Part shown: positions 24,001 through 35,660 of the stretch, piece after piece | Layout: every line of letters starts with the position of its first letter | Numbering within the stretch: position 1 is the first letter of the stretch | Origin: Nemertoderma westbladi | Lineage: Eukaryota > Animalia > Xenacoelomorpha | DNA: 39,905 nucleotides | Assembly: GCA_032718475.1 (NCBI GenBank) | Contig: JAUCBJ010005780.1 | Location: 1-39,905, forward strand | Direction: 5' to 3' | Program-made: the position numbers and the translations under genes | The notes under the pieces: generated by a model | The model's input: only the letters and a program-made list of their open reading frames with translations | Databases searched by the model: none | What the model was told of the DNA's origin: nothing

Positions 24001-24502
24001 GAGAGAATGCTATTTCAAGTTTGATGCAATCTCAACAACATTTGTAGGCATTTCTCCTGATGAGATTAAACAGGTATTGACAGGTAATCTGGCATTTATG
24101 AATAGGCCCCTGTTTTGGGATTTTCCGGGCCCCTCTCTGGGTCCTACCACGCCAATGGAAGGGATTGTTAGGTTAGTACAGTAGTTAACTAAAACTAATA
24201 GTTAACTAGTTATTGTAAAATATTAAGTATTTGTTACACTGTTACTACAGTAAGTTAACACACACAAATTTTCAGACACTTTCCTAAAAAATGTAAATGT
24301 AGTAGGATTTACGAAAATATTTTGAGATAATTCACTTCAGGTTCAGAGATTTATATATACTCCATGAGTACTATGATCACAAATAATATTTGACCAATCA
24401 CCATAATTAAGCATTACAGTTAGCAAACAAACAATATTACAGTATTTTGCAAATACCATGTAATGGGCCATTACCAATATATCAAGTTTTATGAGGATAG
24501 TT

Positions 24503-24874
24503 TTAGGTGTTGGAGCACATATAATACTCGTGATTGTGATCGTAAAAGTAGGACCACCAGCGTCGGAGGGAATCCTTTACTAGTAGAGGACATCCGTCTA
24601 CTACAGCGGTATTAAACTTGGGATCTATATCGTTGACTCCCGGGACGAAGTAACCCGACCAACCACCTCCGAACCACTGGATGCGGTAAAATATGATCCT
24701 AGCATCGTATTTGTGCAATCCCAGGTAGGGGTACAATCCCGCCTTAAATTCACAATCCTCTGTTGGCCCTGCTGTGACCCATTTGCACTTTGCTTCGTTC
24801 ACCACATGGGACACAAACTGGGACTGAACCAAGATGGGGAGTAACACGATAGCGAGAAACATTTTCGGAACCAT
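24503..24874 (-). CDS. Small secreted Cys/Trp-rich protein, paralog A (123 aa)
   Basis: Intact ORF with hydrophobic signal peptide MVPKMFLAIVLLPILVQS. Shares four Cys and the motifs PT.DCE..AGLY, WF.GGWS...VPGVND.D.K.N and SLRR.W.YFYDH with paralog B. Confidence 0.88.
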   Translation of the reverse strand: MVPKMFLAIVLLPILVQSQFVSHVVNEAKCKWVTAGPTEDCEFKAGLYPYLGLHKYDARIIFYRIQWFGGGWSGYFVPGVNDIDPKFNTAVVDGCPLLVKDSLRRWWSYFYDHNHEYYMCSNT

Positions 24875-24886
24875 GATTGGAGATAC

Positions 24887-25292
24887 CTGTAGTGAGAAAA
24901 TAGTAGGAGAGATTAATAAGGATGGATACGAAATCGAGTAGATTATACATTACATATATTTTATTGTAACGGACATAATTAATTACGGACTTAATTAATA
25001 AATCGTAACGGATTAAGTTAGTTAATTTGAAATATTTAAAAATATTAATTTGATTCCACTCTGTTATTTTGATGGTTTTTGAGATTTCTAGTTTACAATA
25101 ATTTGAAAATTTAAAATCACAATAAGTAGGCCTAAAGAAAGTCACTCGTGGCACTCTTCGTTTTATATTAGGACCGTTTTGTATAAATTATATTGTTTTG
25201 TACTAGAATTGAAAAATCTACAACGAAATCAAGTTGAAGTGATAATTATTCATTATCATACAGTATAATTGATATGAAGTAGAGGGACTTAC
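24887..25292 (-). other. Predicted 5'-UTR intron of paralog A
   Basis: Minus-strand donor CAG|GTAAGT at 25293/25292. Polypyrimidine acceptor CTATTTTCTCACTACAG| lies 12 nt before the ATG. TATAAG-like box near 25425. Confidence 0.6.
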
Positions 25293-26078
25293 CTGAAACT
25301 CCAGAACACTTATTAACAAAAAAAATATTGAAACTTTAATGTCGACTTCTCCAAGTACAATATGGAAAATAGCATATGAGTGAAATAAATGGTTGAAGAT
25401 GTGGTTCCTATAGAAATAGCTCTTATATCTGAAGTCTATTAATCTTATAGATATAGCCCTCTATGCCGTTTACATCACAATAAGTGTCTTTATACTGCGT
25501 AACAATCTAATGACAACATCAAAAGATATGACAAGTGGATCATTAATGGACTTCAGAAGAAAGTTGAAATTATAAAAGAGCATTTATGATAAACCACAAG
25601 AACTTATTCTGTCTTATGTTCCTTAATTGAACAAGAGGTAGTCCTAGAGTTTCATAACTTCAAAGTTAATTCATTGATATCAAAGTTGCTGTTCGTATTG
25701 CAGTTCTTTCAAACGTCTAACAAGCACGTGCACCTTATAAATAGTGTACTGTAGTCTTACATAATCGAGAACTGCGTGTCTTTGAAGATCTTTTGAAGAT
25801 AAATTATTACACATCAATTTAATATGGTTATACTTAGCAGTCCTTTTGATGTCATCCTAATTGTCAAATATAATTGAAATGCAAAAGCATCGTTTCATGT
25901 AAGAGACAAGTAAACCTACAGCTCTACATAGGTCTACTGTTACAGTATTAATAGGTACCATATGGAGGGATAAGAACATCACACTCACTCACTTATCCAT
26001 CCATTCTTCAGAGTTATTTCTGTCCGATATTCAATTGCAGTCAAACATAGTATATTTACTTGTAAAAGATTTGATCAG

Positions 26079-28480
26079 GTAAGTTCCATCAATATTTTTA
26101 TTAGATTATTACAATACATAGCTACCATACTCTTTAGAAATGTAAGTAGTATGCATATGTAGCTTTCGGCTTTTAAACAACTCGTTAACACAGCTCAGAT
26201 ACCGTTTTGTTTTCAGCTCGTAAGTAGGTATTATCTATCATTAAATGGAATTGATTTAGGGAAACGCAATGAAAGGATGAAAGTATAACAGCAAGCGCAT
26301 CAATCTTTAACTTCATATAAATATACTAAACCTATACACACATACTTGTTACTCATACATACCGAGATTATTAATTTTAGATTTTTACATTTACTACAGT
26401 ACATATTAGCTGCCGCATCCATTTCTATAATTAAATAACTAGAGACGGGCCTAGCGGCCCGTGAAGCAAGTCGTAGGAGACAGTACGAGTCAAGTAAACG
26501 CTTTTTGTTCTGACTGATAATAAATTAGTGTGAGGGTAGTCCCGGTGGTGTACGAAAATTTTTCTAGACAACTTCAAACTATAATTATTATGTTGTAATC
26601 ATCTAATGAATTATAAAAGCTGTTGTGATTATAGAAGATAGAGAGCAGTTAGCGAAATGATTATTTTATTCTATCGGATAGAGTAGTCGGAGTCTCAGAG
26701 AGGAGTCGAGGTGTCAATTAATTAATAACAATAACAGCAGTTGTCATGAATTCAATACAATCGCGCACAAGAAGTGATAAGACAAATTCGTTCTTATTTT
26801 TGTAATAAATAAAACAAGTTGAGATGTTTCAATGTAAACCGCGATTAACAATTTACACTGTTCAATGTAAACCACGATATTAATTAAATACAACAATTAT
26901 ATTATTATTATAACATATTTTTATATTTCAAACAATAATGTTAGCCTTATGGAGAATCATTTTGAGGCTGAGTAAATATTCAGCCTTATAAGCATACAGC
27001 CTCCACAGTATTAATGTTGGCACAAACATTTCAAAATAAAACAATAATGCGATGAGAGCATAGTACAATACACTGTGTAGCCAACACACTGTTTAACTAA
27101 CAGTCATTTAGCTTGCACGCCAATTAATTAACATAGCAAGGATGCATTGGGAAGAGTTATTCAGCTGAAACTGTAATAGCCAGTTAAACAAATTAATGTT
27201 TGCTTACTGTCTGGGTTGTAGAGTAAAGTGATAATAAAACTTGGCAGAGAAAGTACTTCTTTGTTAGTTGCCCTTACTATTGAATGCATTACCAGGCCAT
27301 CTCTATACATTTTTCATGAGTGCCAGCTGGTGTTTTATCATTGCGCCTATGGCAATTTTAGTGTTTTGGGGCTATTTTTCGAAATAAAACAAGTTGAGAT
27401 GTTTCAATTTAAACCGCGATTTCACAAGTACCCTTAGAAATCCATTTTCATGGTCCATGCAAAATTTCATCAAAATCGTTAGAGCCGTTTTTGCTCTAGG
27501 TCAGTAGCCAGTAGTCAGTAGCCAGTAGCCAGTAGTCAGTAGCTTTTCTTTCTTACAGTAATCAAGTCTAACGACTTGCTAAAAATATATTTACAGTATT
27601 TAAGCGATATATAAAGCAGCTCTGAACCCGTCTTTTTATTATGTATTTTTGGCGACAATTTTTATGAATTCAAACCTTGCTGTTAGCAACTTTGCAGCAA
27701 AAAAAAAATCGAAACGTTTAGAACTTATGCATTTAATTTCATTGCTTTTACATCCTTTAATATATTAATATGAAGTTACAGATCAACGCGCTTGCTGTTA
27801 CATTTATCTTTTTATTATCTATCATGTCGTTTTTATTGACAAAATCATAAAAAAATTAATATTTTAGAAAACAGCGTTAAAATCAGTGAGATAATTTATT
27901 GTAGGATTACAATTCGATGCAGTCATCATGTGTAACTTTTTATCTATACCCACAGACGTCCTGGGTACGAGCCCAGCAAGTGAACCAGGAATGTATTAAT
28001 TTCGGCAAGAATGCTTTAAAGGGAAATACCAGAGCTATTACTACCAGCGCTTAAATGGTAGCTAAATGAGTACGGTTTCCTTTGGGGAGTACTGTATAAT
28101 AAATGGGTGGGGAGGGGGGGGGGGGGGGGGGGGGGGGGTCACTTGATATTTAAGTCGTATACATACAGTAGGTACTGTAGGCCTACTACTGTAGTTCAAC
28201 AGACGGTGTATTCCACGTGTGTGTACGTACAACGCGTGGTCCGGTTGTGGTATATCATAACCTACAGTAGTGTGTGAATGAACCACGTGGTTTACATCGC
28301 ATGAAACAATGTTGAAACAATGTTAACAAACATAATATCATTAGTCCCTAACTACATTACAGTATTTCATTCTTTGTATGATAATGACCTCTTATTTAAT
28401 GAATATTCGAATACACAAGTTATGCCAATTCCAACTCTTCCCGCATCGAATTACATGTTATTTATAATTTTAATACTCAG
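26079..28480 (+). other. Predicted 5'-UTR intron of paralog B (acceptor well supported, donor tentative)
   Basis: Acceptor TTTTAATACTCAG|G lies 21 nt before ATG 28502. A perfect CAG|GTAAGT donor is at 26078/26079; other GTAAGT sites occur near 26142 and 26220. Confidence 0.4.
26438..27582 (-). mobile_element. Non-autonomous Helentron/Helitron-like element (HINE/DINE-1 architecture)
   Basis: Minus-strand 3' end is the hairpin ACGGGCC-GCTA-GGCCCGT followed by CTAGT. Subterminal inverted repeats AGCAAGTCGTAG (26465) and CTAACGACTTGCT (27568-80). (CAGTAGY)n microsatellite at 27501-27543; AAATTTCATCAAAATCG motif; T-run at the 5' end. Confidence 0.75.
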
Positions 28481-28501
28481 GTGATCGTACTGGAATTAAG
28501 T

Positions 28502-28894
28502 ATGGAACTGAAACCGCTTCTCCTGCTGGTCCTGTGCTTCCCGATGACCCTCCTACAAACGCCCGGATGCTCGGAATGCATCAAATACGAACGTATGCAG
28601 GGAGCCTGTAGCGTTAAAATAAGCTACCCCACCTACGACTGTGAGTGGGCCGCTGGTTTGTACGCGTACGTAGACGACCTGATGTTTGGCGGGACGATTA
28701 TCGCTTACCAGGTGCTGTGGTTTAACGGTGGCTGGTCGACGGTATACGTTCCAGGCGTTAACGATATGGATTCCAAGGTTAATATCATCAGTATTCCCTC
28801 ATGTCCTCTGCCTTTCGTAGCTAACTCACTCCGACGAAAATGGGCCTACTTCTACGATCACACCGTTGTGTATCTCATTTGTAAAACTGTATAG
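28502..28894 (+). CDS. Small secreted Cys/Trp-rich protein, paralog B (130 aa from ATG 28502)
   Basis: Intact ORF with signal peptide MELKPLLLLVLCFPMTLL. Colinear with paralog A at roughly 45% identity over the mature domain (by eye), with an extra N-terminal CSEC. Confidence 0.88.
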   Translation: MELKPLLLLVLCFPMTLLQTPGCSECIKYERMQGACSVKISYPTYDCEWAAGLYAYVDDLMFGGTIIAYQVLWFNGGWSTVYVPGVNDMDSKVNIISIPSCPLPFVANSLRRKWAYFYDHTVVYLICKTV

Positions 28895-30254
28895 TTGTTA
28901 GTCTGCCGTAAACTGTAGATTATGGTAGGTGGTAGTTTGGTATTTGGGTTCATATTCTTAATTTTGTTTAGGCTTATTGTTATGATAATTATTATCATTA
29001 AAAAGTTATAATAATAATATAAATATATTAGACAGCCTGGAGGCTGGAGATAGAGCCAACTTGCAGTTGACGCAAAACCACATAAATACAAACATACATG
29101 AAATGGGGCCTTCGAGCCTGCACGTGCGGTAGATTATGTTTAAGCGCCAACTCGTAAGTATTATAATAACAGTAGGCTGTAATCATGCCCACTAAACACT
29201 TAGCCCTATCGGCATATTGGGTAACTCCGCCGGTTTAAGACCTCACAAAACTCAGTCTGATGTCTATAATATATGTGCCAGGTTTCAATCAGGTAGAAAA
29301 ATATTATAGGGAATAATACGAATTGGTGAAGGTTTCAGACATTTCTGAAATTTATTAATTTAGCCCACTAGCGGTGTCCTTGAGAACTGCGATCGATTAA
29401 CCTTCTCTAAAAGACGCTGCCTATGCATGGTCTAGTACGTATTGTATCTGCCAAGTTCCAGCTTCAGGAGAAGTGTAGATGTACATAGCAGCATCCCCAA
29501 TACGGGCCGAGTACCACCCCTACGCCTACATAGCATTAAAAGCAAAGAAATTGTACGGCATTTAATGTTTAGACATGTAGCTCTCTGCGTAGATTGGTGG
29601 TAAGTCGAATATCAAAACTCAATAATTTGCTGAAGATAAATTTAAAAAACTAAAAGAAGCCTTGTCTTTTTAGTGTAATAAAAGTAATAAATTCGGAGGC
29701 ACATGAAACAAAAACAACGACGAAATTAATATGTTTACTGATATCTCTTTTACTCACTATAGGTCTACTGTATGTTACACTATGACTATTATTCTATAAA
29801 AAAAAGTATGCGGAAAACAGCGCTTTTTTTCTCATTTTCAATTTACCGAAATTCAACTATTCTGTCCAAGTGACCGAGTGGTTGAGTTTTACAAGAGTTG
29901 GCAGTTTTTAGCGCGAGCAATGCGAGTGATAAATGGCCAACGAGTGGAAACGGACACTTGTACGATTTGGCTCTTGTTGTATTAACATACTGTAATAATA
30001 TTTTAGCGTATTCTAATTTCGTTTTAATCTTATTTTTAATTAATATGGTGCCGTTTTTGTATTATTTTGTGTTTAATTGTCCTCATGTTTTTTTTGGTTG
30101 TATCTATATATAACTATAATACTGTATAATTACTATATTATTATCTTTTACTGTACAGTAGCTTCCTGTTTATTCCACATTGGCTGTAGGCCTAGAGACC
30201 CTATTCCATATGCCTTTTCATCCTTGAAACTCCCAGTTATACAGTTATAACAAC

Positions 30255-30544
30255 CATAATGTTATATCAGCCCTTTACCGAGAACGATGTTAGAGATTCA
30301 ATCAACTCAATGGAAAACTGAAATGCCGCTGGTCCAGACATAATATTTAATGACATTTAGAACATTTAAAAACTTCGATAAATATAATTCTTCCAGTATT
30401 AACTGTTCTCTTCAACTTGTGTCAAGACATGGGATAAATCCCAGCAAACTGGGCGATTAGTAGAATAAAGATTACTGTATATTATTCAAGGGCAAAGGTG
30501 AACTAGATAACTCAAAGGTGAGCCAGATAACTATAGAGGGATCG
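30255..30544 (+). mobile_element. Decayed LINE RT fragment interrupted by the LTR of BEL copy 2
   Basis: Pieces translate as PFTENDVRDSINSM, AAGPD, ILPVLTVLFNLC, IPANW, FKGKG and DNYRGI, with stops and frameshifts. Confidence 0.8.
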
Positions 30545-31121
30545 TGTTAGCGGATCCAATTCGCTGCACCACCCAGTGGAAAATGGGGAAAGTCACGATT
30601 TACCAATTATGATCGGGTATGTGATATTAGCAATATAATATCACATACCGACACACCGGGGCAATATACATTGCCAGCCAGAGGGAGAGATGCTAGCTCA
30701 TCTCAGGGCAGAAGCTAGCATAAGGGTAAAAGGGGAAAGATGGGTTTGGCCACAGAGAAAGTTGATCCACCAATGGTAGGGCGAATTACCATCAATTATA
30801 ACGCATCCATTGGCCAGGCCAAATGGAGGTAGCAATATACCCCATGTGTAATAATATATAATCGTTGCCTATATTGATTGAGGCTCAGTTGGTTATGTAG
30901 AGTATAGAAGTCAGACGGTTTTCAACCGTTGCCATTACTGCTTATTGTGCTGTATTACCGGTATATTGCCATATCTGAGATTATAGCAACATTCAGTTAT
31001 TAACTTGAACTCAGTTTATTATATCAGCCTTCGGCCTTTCAACCTTTAGCCATTATCACGTGGCGAAGCATATCCAAACCACGACAAAACACGGTCAGGA
31101 TTCCCTCGCCAACTCGGAGAC
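30545..31121 (+). repeat. 5' LTR of BEL copy 2 (3' boundary approximate)
   Basis: TGTTAG start falls exactly where LINE homology stops. Start and end motifs match the LTR at 17829. TATATAA near 30856; ends ...GGAGACA. Confidence 0.7.
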
Positions 31122-32869
31122 AGTTGAAACCCGACGACGAAAACAAACTGTGATGACGACACGCTAACGGCACGCTAGCACCAACCCCAAAGAGAGTTGA
31201 GCGAACCAAAGGGTTCGGAGAAGGGAGTAAGTCCACTGCACACCCCGAGCGACAGAGACCAGATGATTCGGGAGGCAGTGACGAGGCGGTACCGGCCCAC
31301 CACACCGGATTCGCCGAGGAGAGATGGTTCGGTTGTCGAGGAGGAGGGCGGTTGAGTACAAGAAGAGGAGAGACGCGAGTCGGCACGGGACAAGAGCAGC
31401 GAGAGGAGTACCGGAGTCGCCAGCCAAACAGCGGCTACAGGAGTCGAGCAGCCCACCGGAATGGCAATGGTGGGGCCCACAGTATCATGCCGGACTAGGA
31501 GAGGAGGCCAAGGAGTTCAGGAGGAAGATGTCGGGACAAGCGATCACCTATGACGCTGATACAACACGACGTGGAAGATGCTCAAAGACGCTAAGACAGG
31601 AGGAAAGGTAGACAAGCCCAAGTTGTACCACAGACTCGGTGAATGAATAAACATTTTCACTACCTAGTCCGATTTGGGCGGGGGAACTGGCGAGTGAGAG
31701 GGTGAGGGGGGTCACCACAGAACTGTTTGAATTGTGGCGATCTGAGATAATGCCATATGGTGTAGTGTACATAGGGCCTTATCTGGTGGATGCAAGGGGC
31801 ATTAAGTTAGTGGGATGGGCGGGTCCGACGATGCCAAACCCGAGGTTAACCCCAAGGATTCAGTGTAGTAAAACCACTAGCAGGCACAATAAAATTAGTA
31901 GAACCAACAGGCGATGGGAGTCCGTCGTAACCGAAAAGTCTGTTACACCTTCCGCGAAAGCAAGAAGGGTGTTAGAGATAGATCTGGCATGTCAGCTAGA
32001 CGTGGTTGCGTTGGACCAAAAGGAATTAGAGAACGGGAAGAGAAGGAAAAGAGTGAGCTTAGAGAATGGGAAGAGAAAGAAATGAGTGAACGCAAGGAAA
32101 GAGAGGTGAACGAGCGCAAAGAGCGGGAAGGGAGGGAAGCAGAGTTAGCTGATCAGAGTGTTAGAGAGGTCAAAGAGAGAGAGAGGGCAGGCAAAATAAT
32201 GAGGGATGATATGCACACCCAGTTGAGGGGGTTGATGCAGTATAAGGCGAGACAAAGTGCTGGTTAGAACTGGCGAAACTAGGTTTATCAAAGAGCGAAA
32301 CTGGTTTGAGAAGTATTTATAAGGCACCAGGGGTGATGGAAACCCTTGTTAATACTCCACTTACAGGTACCAGACAACAAACACAAAACCGGTGTCACCG
32401 GATGGATGGGGGGGGGGGGTAATGACAATACATTTAATGGGAATGTTAATATTAATAATACCATAGTGGATAACTATAATAATAACAACGGTACATTTCT
32501 TACAGGAAATAATGTTTTAGTAAATAATAATAATCCTAATGTTGGTACGGCGAATAATCAAAATAATTTAAATAATAATAATGTTAGTAGTGGTGCGATA
32601 AATAATAATATAATGAATAATCGCGATGGAACTAACAAAAATATTTCAAATAATAATATAACAAATAATCGCGGTGAGGCTAGTGGTGGTATAATTAATG
32701 TAAATGTCAGTGAAGCAAATAATTTGCCTGGTGGAGGCATACAAGGCCACGCGGGAACACAGAGAGAAATGCAGGCAAATGAACCTAGGGAGAACAGAAG
32801 CAACGTGTCGACTAGAAGGGAGCTTGGGGACAGGGGTGAAAGGGGCGAGATGAGAAGTGATGGGTGGGG

Positions 32870-33232
32870 GGGGGGGCTACGGGCACCCCACCACAACCAG
32901 TTAGTGATGGATGGGGGGGGGGGGCTACAAGCCCCCCACCGCAACCAGTTAGTGACGAGAGGGGGGGGGGGGGGGGGGGGGGCAATAATTACCCCACAGA
33001 TGTCAGCGGGAAATATGCGCGGTGAGTTAAGTGAACCGGGGCTCCCAACGACGGAGGAGGATAGGAGGGAGCAATTAGTGCCCCACAGATGTCGGCGGAA
33101 GATGCGCGCGGCGAGTTAAGTGAACCAGGGCTTCCAACAATGGGGGAAAGGGGGGGGGGGGGGCAACAGATGCCGGCAGGAAATGCGCGCGGTGAGTTAA
33201 GTGAATTGGAGCTCCCAACAACGGAGGAGAGT
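32870..33232. repeat. Tandem repeats within gag of BEL copy 2 (two of ~48-60 bp, three of ~85-90 bp)
   Basis: GGGCTAC...CCCCACC.CAACCAGTTAGTGA occurs twice and CAGATG...GCGCGG.GAGTTAAGTGAA three times. Confidence 0.8.
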
Positions 33233-35660
33233 AGAAGGGCAATGAATATCCACGAGGCCGAACAACCTGGTAGGGGGAGGAGCATTGGTGCCGTAAGCGG
33301 CCAAACGAGAGAATGTCGAGCCTGCTCGGAAGACAGAAGGAGAACAGTAGAGTTCATCCGGGAGGTCAATACGAGACCTCATGAACATTGATGTAATGCC
33401 GGAAGCGGAGGATGTGAGGAGGAGGGTAAGGATAGATGAGCAAATGTTGCTACGAGCAACCAGAGATGTCGAGATAAGACGGACAGCGTACCGTCGATAG
33501 TTGAAGTAGAGAGAGAGGGCTGGTTGGGTTGTACTTCGGGAGATTGCCATTGCCCTGGAGAAACACAGCCTGGCGATATATATTACACACTGGGAGAGGG
33601 GTACAGAGTGTACTGGGATGAGGAGGATGAGAGAAGAAGGGATCAAAGGGAAACTTCCCGTCGGAACGTTGCTGCCGATCGACGATATGGTAGTCACGGG
33701 GAGGAGTTCTCGGAATATTCGAGAAGATTAAACTTCGGTCCGGAGGAGCACATTCAGACTGCAGGACATACTGTAGGTCTTAGTGCACATACTATAGGCC
33801 ATGCTGGGAGAGATAGTGTAGGTGATAGGGTAATGCGAATCCCGGGATTGGACCCGAAGGTCGCGGCTTACATACCAGTGAGTAGACAGGAACCTGCTAG
33901 GCCTATACCAATACCTGCAGTATGACTATAATATGCAGGGATAAAACATATACCCAGGGGAAGTAGGAGGTATTACAGATAAGCGTATGGGTCACAATGT
34001 AATTACATCTACCCCAGAGCAGAATATAACACTGGTGGGGGGGGGGGGCAGGGTAATACACTGTATCCACAATACACGCAACCGAAAATAAAAATTGCAA
34101 CCCCCTCAGATCCAAATAAATCATGTGACACCAACAATATGAAGGGGACCATTACCCCCGATGATATATCCTACGCAGGGAAAATCAACGAACCCGAGAG
34201 GCGAAGCACAATCAACACAAGGAGCCTGCATCCATACCGTCAAGCGCGCTGGAAATTCAAGCGATGGGAATGGCAACACACATCGACTCGCTAAAAACTA
34301 GAATAGAGCTGCCAAATGTGGAGCCTTTTAAGTTTGATGGTAGCAAGCCGGAAGAATATCTACAGTTCTGGAGGATGTACAGCAATGAGATCCTCATAAA
34401 GAATCTCACACAAGCGGAGTGCCTACAAGTTTAAATACCTACAAGTTTATACAGGGGGGCCAGCCTATGATATTGTGAGGCAATATCAGGGAATTGAAGG
34501 AGGATTTACAACAGCATGGAGAGCACTGGATAGGGAATTTGGCCATCTGGCGAAGATTATCCAACAAACCTTAAGGGGAATAACATCAGGCGGACTCGCG
34601 AATAACCCTGTTAGTATCAAAGCCTTTGCCAACAAAGTAGAGAAGGCGTTGATAGTCTTAAAGACGCTAGAAGCACCATACAAGCTTAATGCTTCAAATA
34701 ACATCACGACAATAGCACAGGCACTACCGATATGGTTGAGGAACAAATGGAGAAAGATCACTTTCTCTACTCGAGAAAAGAAGGGTGGGCGTTACCTAAA
34801 CAAGATCGGAAGGCCTATACCGGAAAATTTGGACTATGTCATTGATGTGTGGTAGGAGGACACAGGAAGGATGAATGTCAAGAACATCTGATTAAGTATG
34901 TCGAGACTGACGAAACTGGAGGCCAAACAATGGCGACGAGCACCACGGGAATAAGGAGGAAGGGAACAGTACTACTCTGAGTAGTATCAGTAAGAATGAT
35001 AGGGGAAGAGGGACTATCGATAATGACGCTGATGCTAGTCAATAGTGGAGCAGCATTCATGCTAAAGTAGAGTTAGGTGGCCGAGAGATTAGGGTTGAAG
35101 ACCAAGCCAAGTAAAATGGCAGTGACCATGATATCAAGTTAGGACGAGGTCATGAAGATGAGGATGGGACGATGTGAAATAGGAGCGATAAAACCAGGGT
35201 GCGATTATGGGGCTTCCATTGAACCCATCCAGTTAATTGAATCGATTAATATCAACGCCAGGCAACCTACAAAGATCGAACAATATCAGTACCTGGACGG
35301 TATTGACTTTTCCGTGCCCGAACTAGATGTCCCGAAAGTCTCTCTCATAGTCGGCATGGATTGTCCGACGGCCCATGAGAGGCTACAAACTATTTTCAGC
35401 AATGATAGAGAGCGAGATCCAGTGGCCATTCTGATGCCATTTGGATGGATGCTCAGTGGCCCAATAAAGACAAGGATCCCGTTTAGTATATCCGAATCCT
35501 CAGGGTGCATGTTCGCAGGGACGATGAGAGAGATGGAGGATGAAGGAGCAGAGGAACAGCTTAAGCATGTGGCCCTAGATCCCAAGAAGGTCAAATTAAG
35601 GATGGTGGTTGATGCCTCTGCCAAGACAAACGGCAAGAGCCTAAACAATTACCTACTAGC

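Larger units (their letters stand above)
30545..35660 (+). mobile_element. BEL/Pao LTR retrotransposon copy 2 (related subfamily), heavily decayed and cut by a hAT insertion
   Basis: From ~32170 it is colinear with copy 1 (RDDMH..L.GLMQY, SRRLNFGPE.HIQTAGHTVG, RQYQGIEGGFTTAWRALDRE, PFGW.LSGP). Many stops; internal deletions at ~34788 and ~35563; homology ends at NNYLL. Confidence 0.92.

Noticed and set aside
27139-27162. AGGATGCATTGG match to the 68-bp satellite inside the Helentron-like element
   Set aside because: Only 12 bp are exact and similarity does not extend convincingly; likely chance.
27953-27995. B-box-like CCTGGGTACGAGCCCAG (SINE remnant)
   Set aside because: No A box or tail is visible, so the evidence is insufficient.
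28481-28501. GTG start for paralog B given by the ORF track
   Set aside because: GTG follows a splice acceptor; ATG 28502 directly begins the signal peptide.
29085-29545. Possible second non-autonomous Helitron-like repeat (TGCCAGGTTTCA, CCACTAGCGG, TGCCAAGTTCCA motifs)
   Set aside because: I could not define termini, subTIRs or a TSD, so it is too weak to call.
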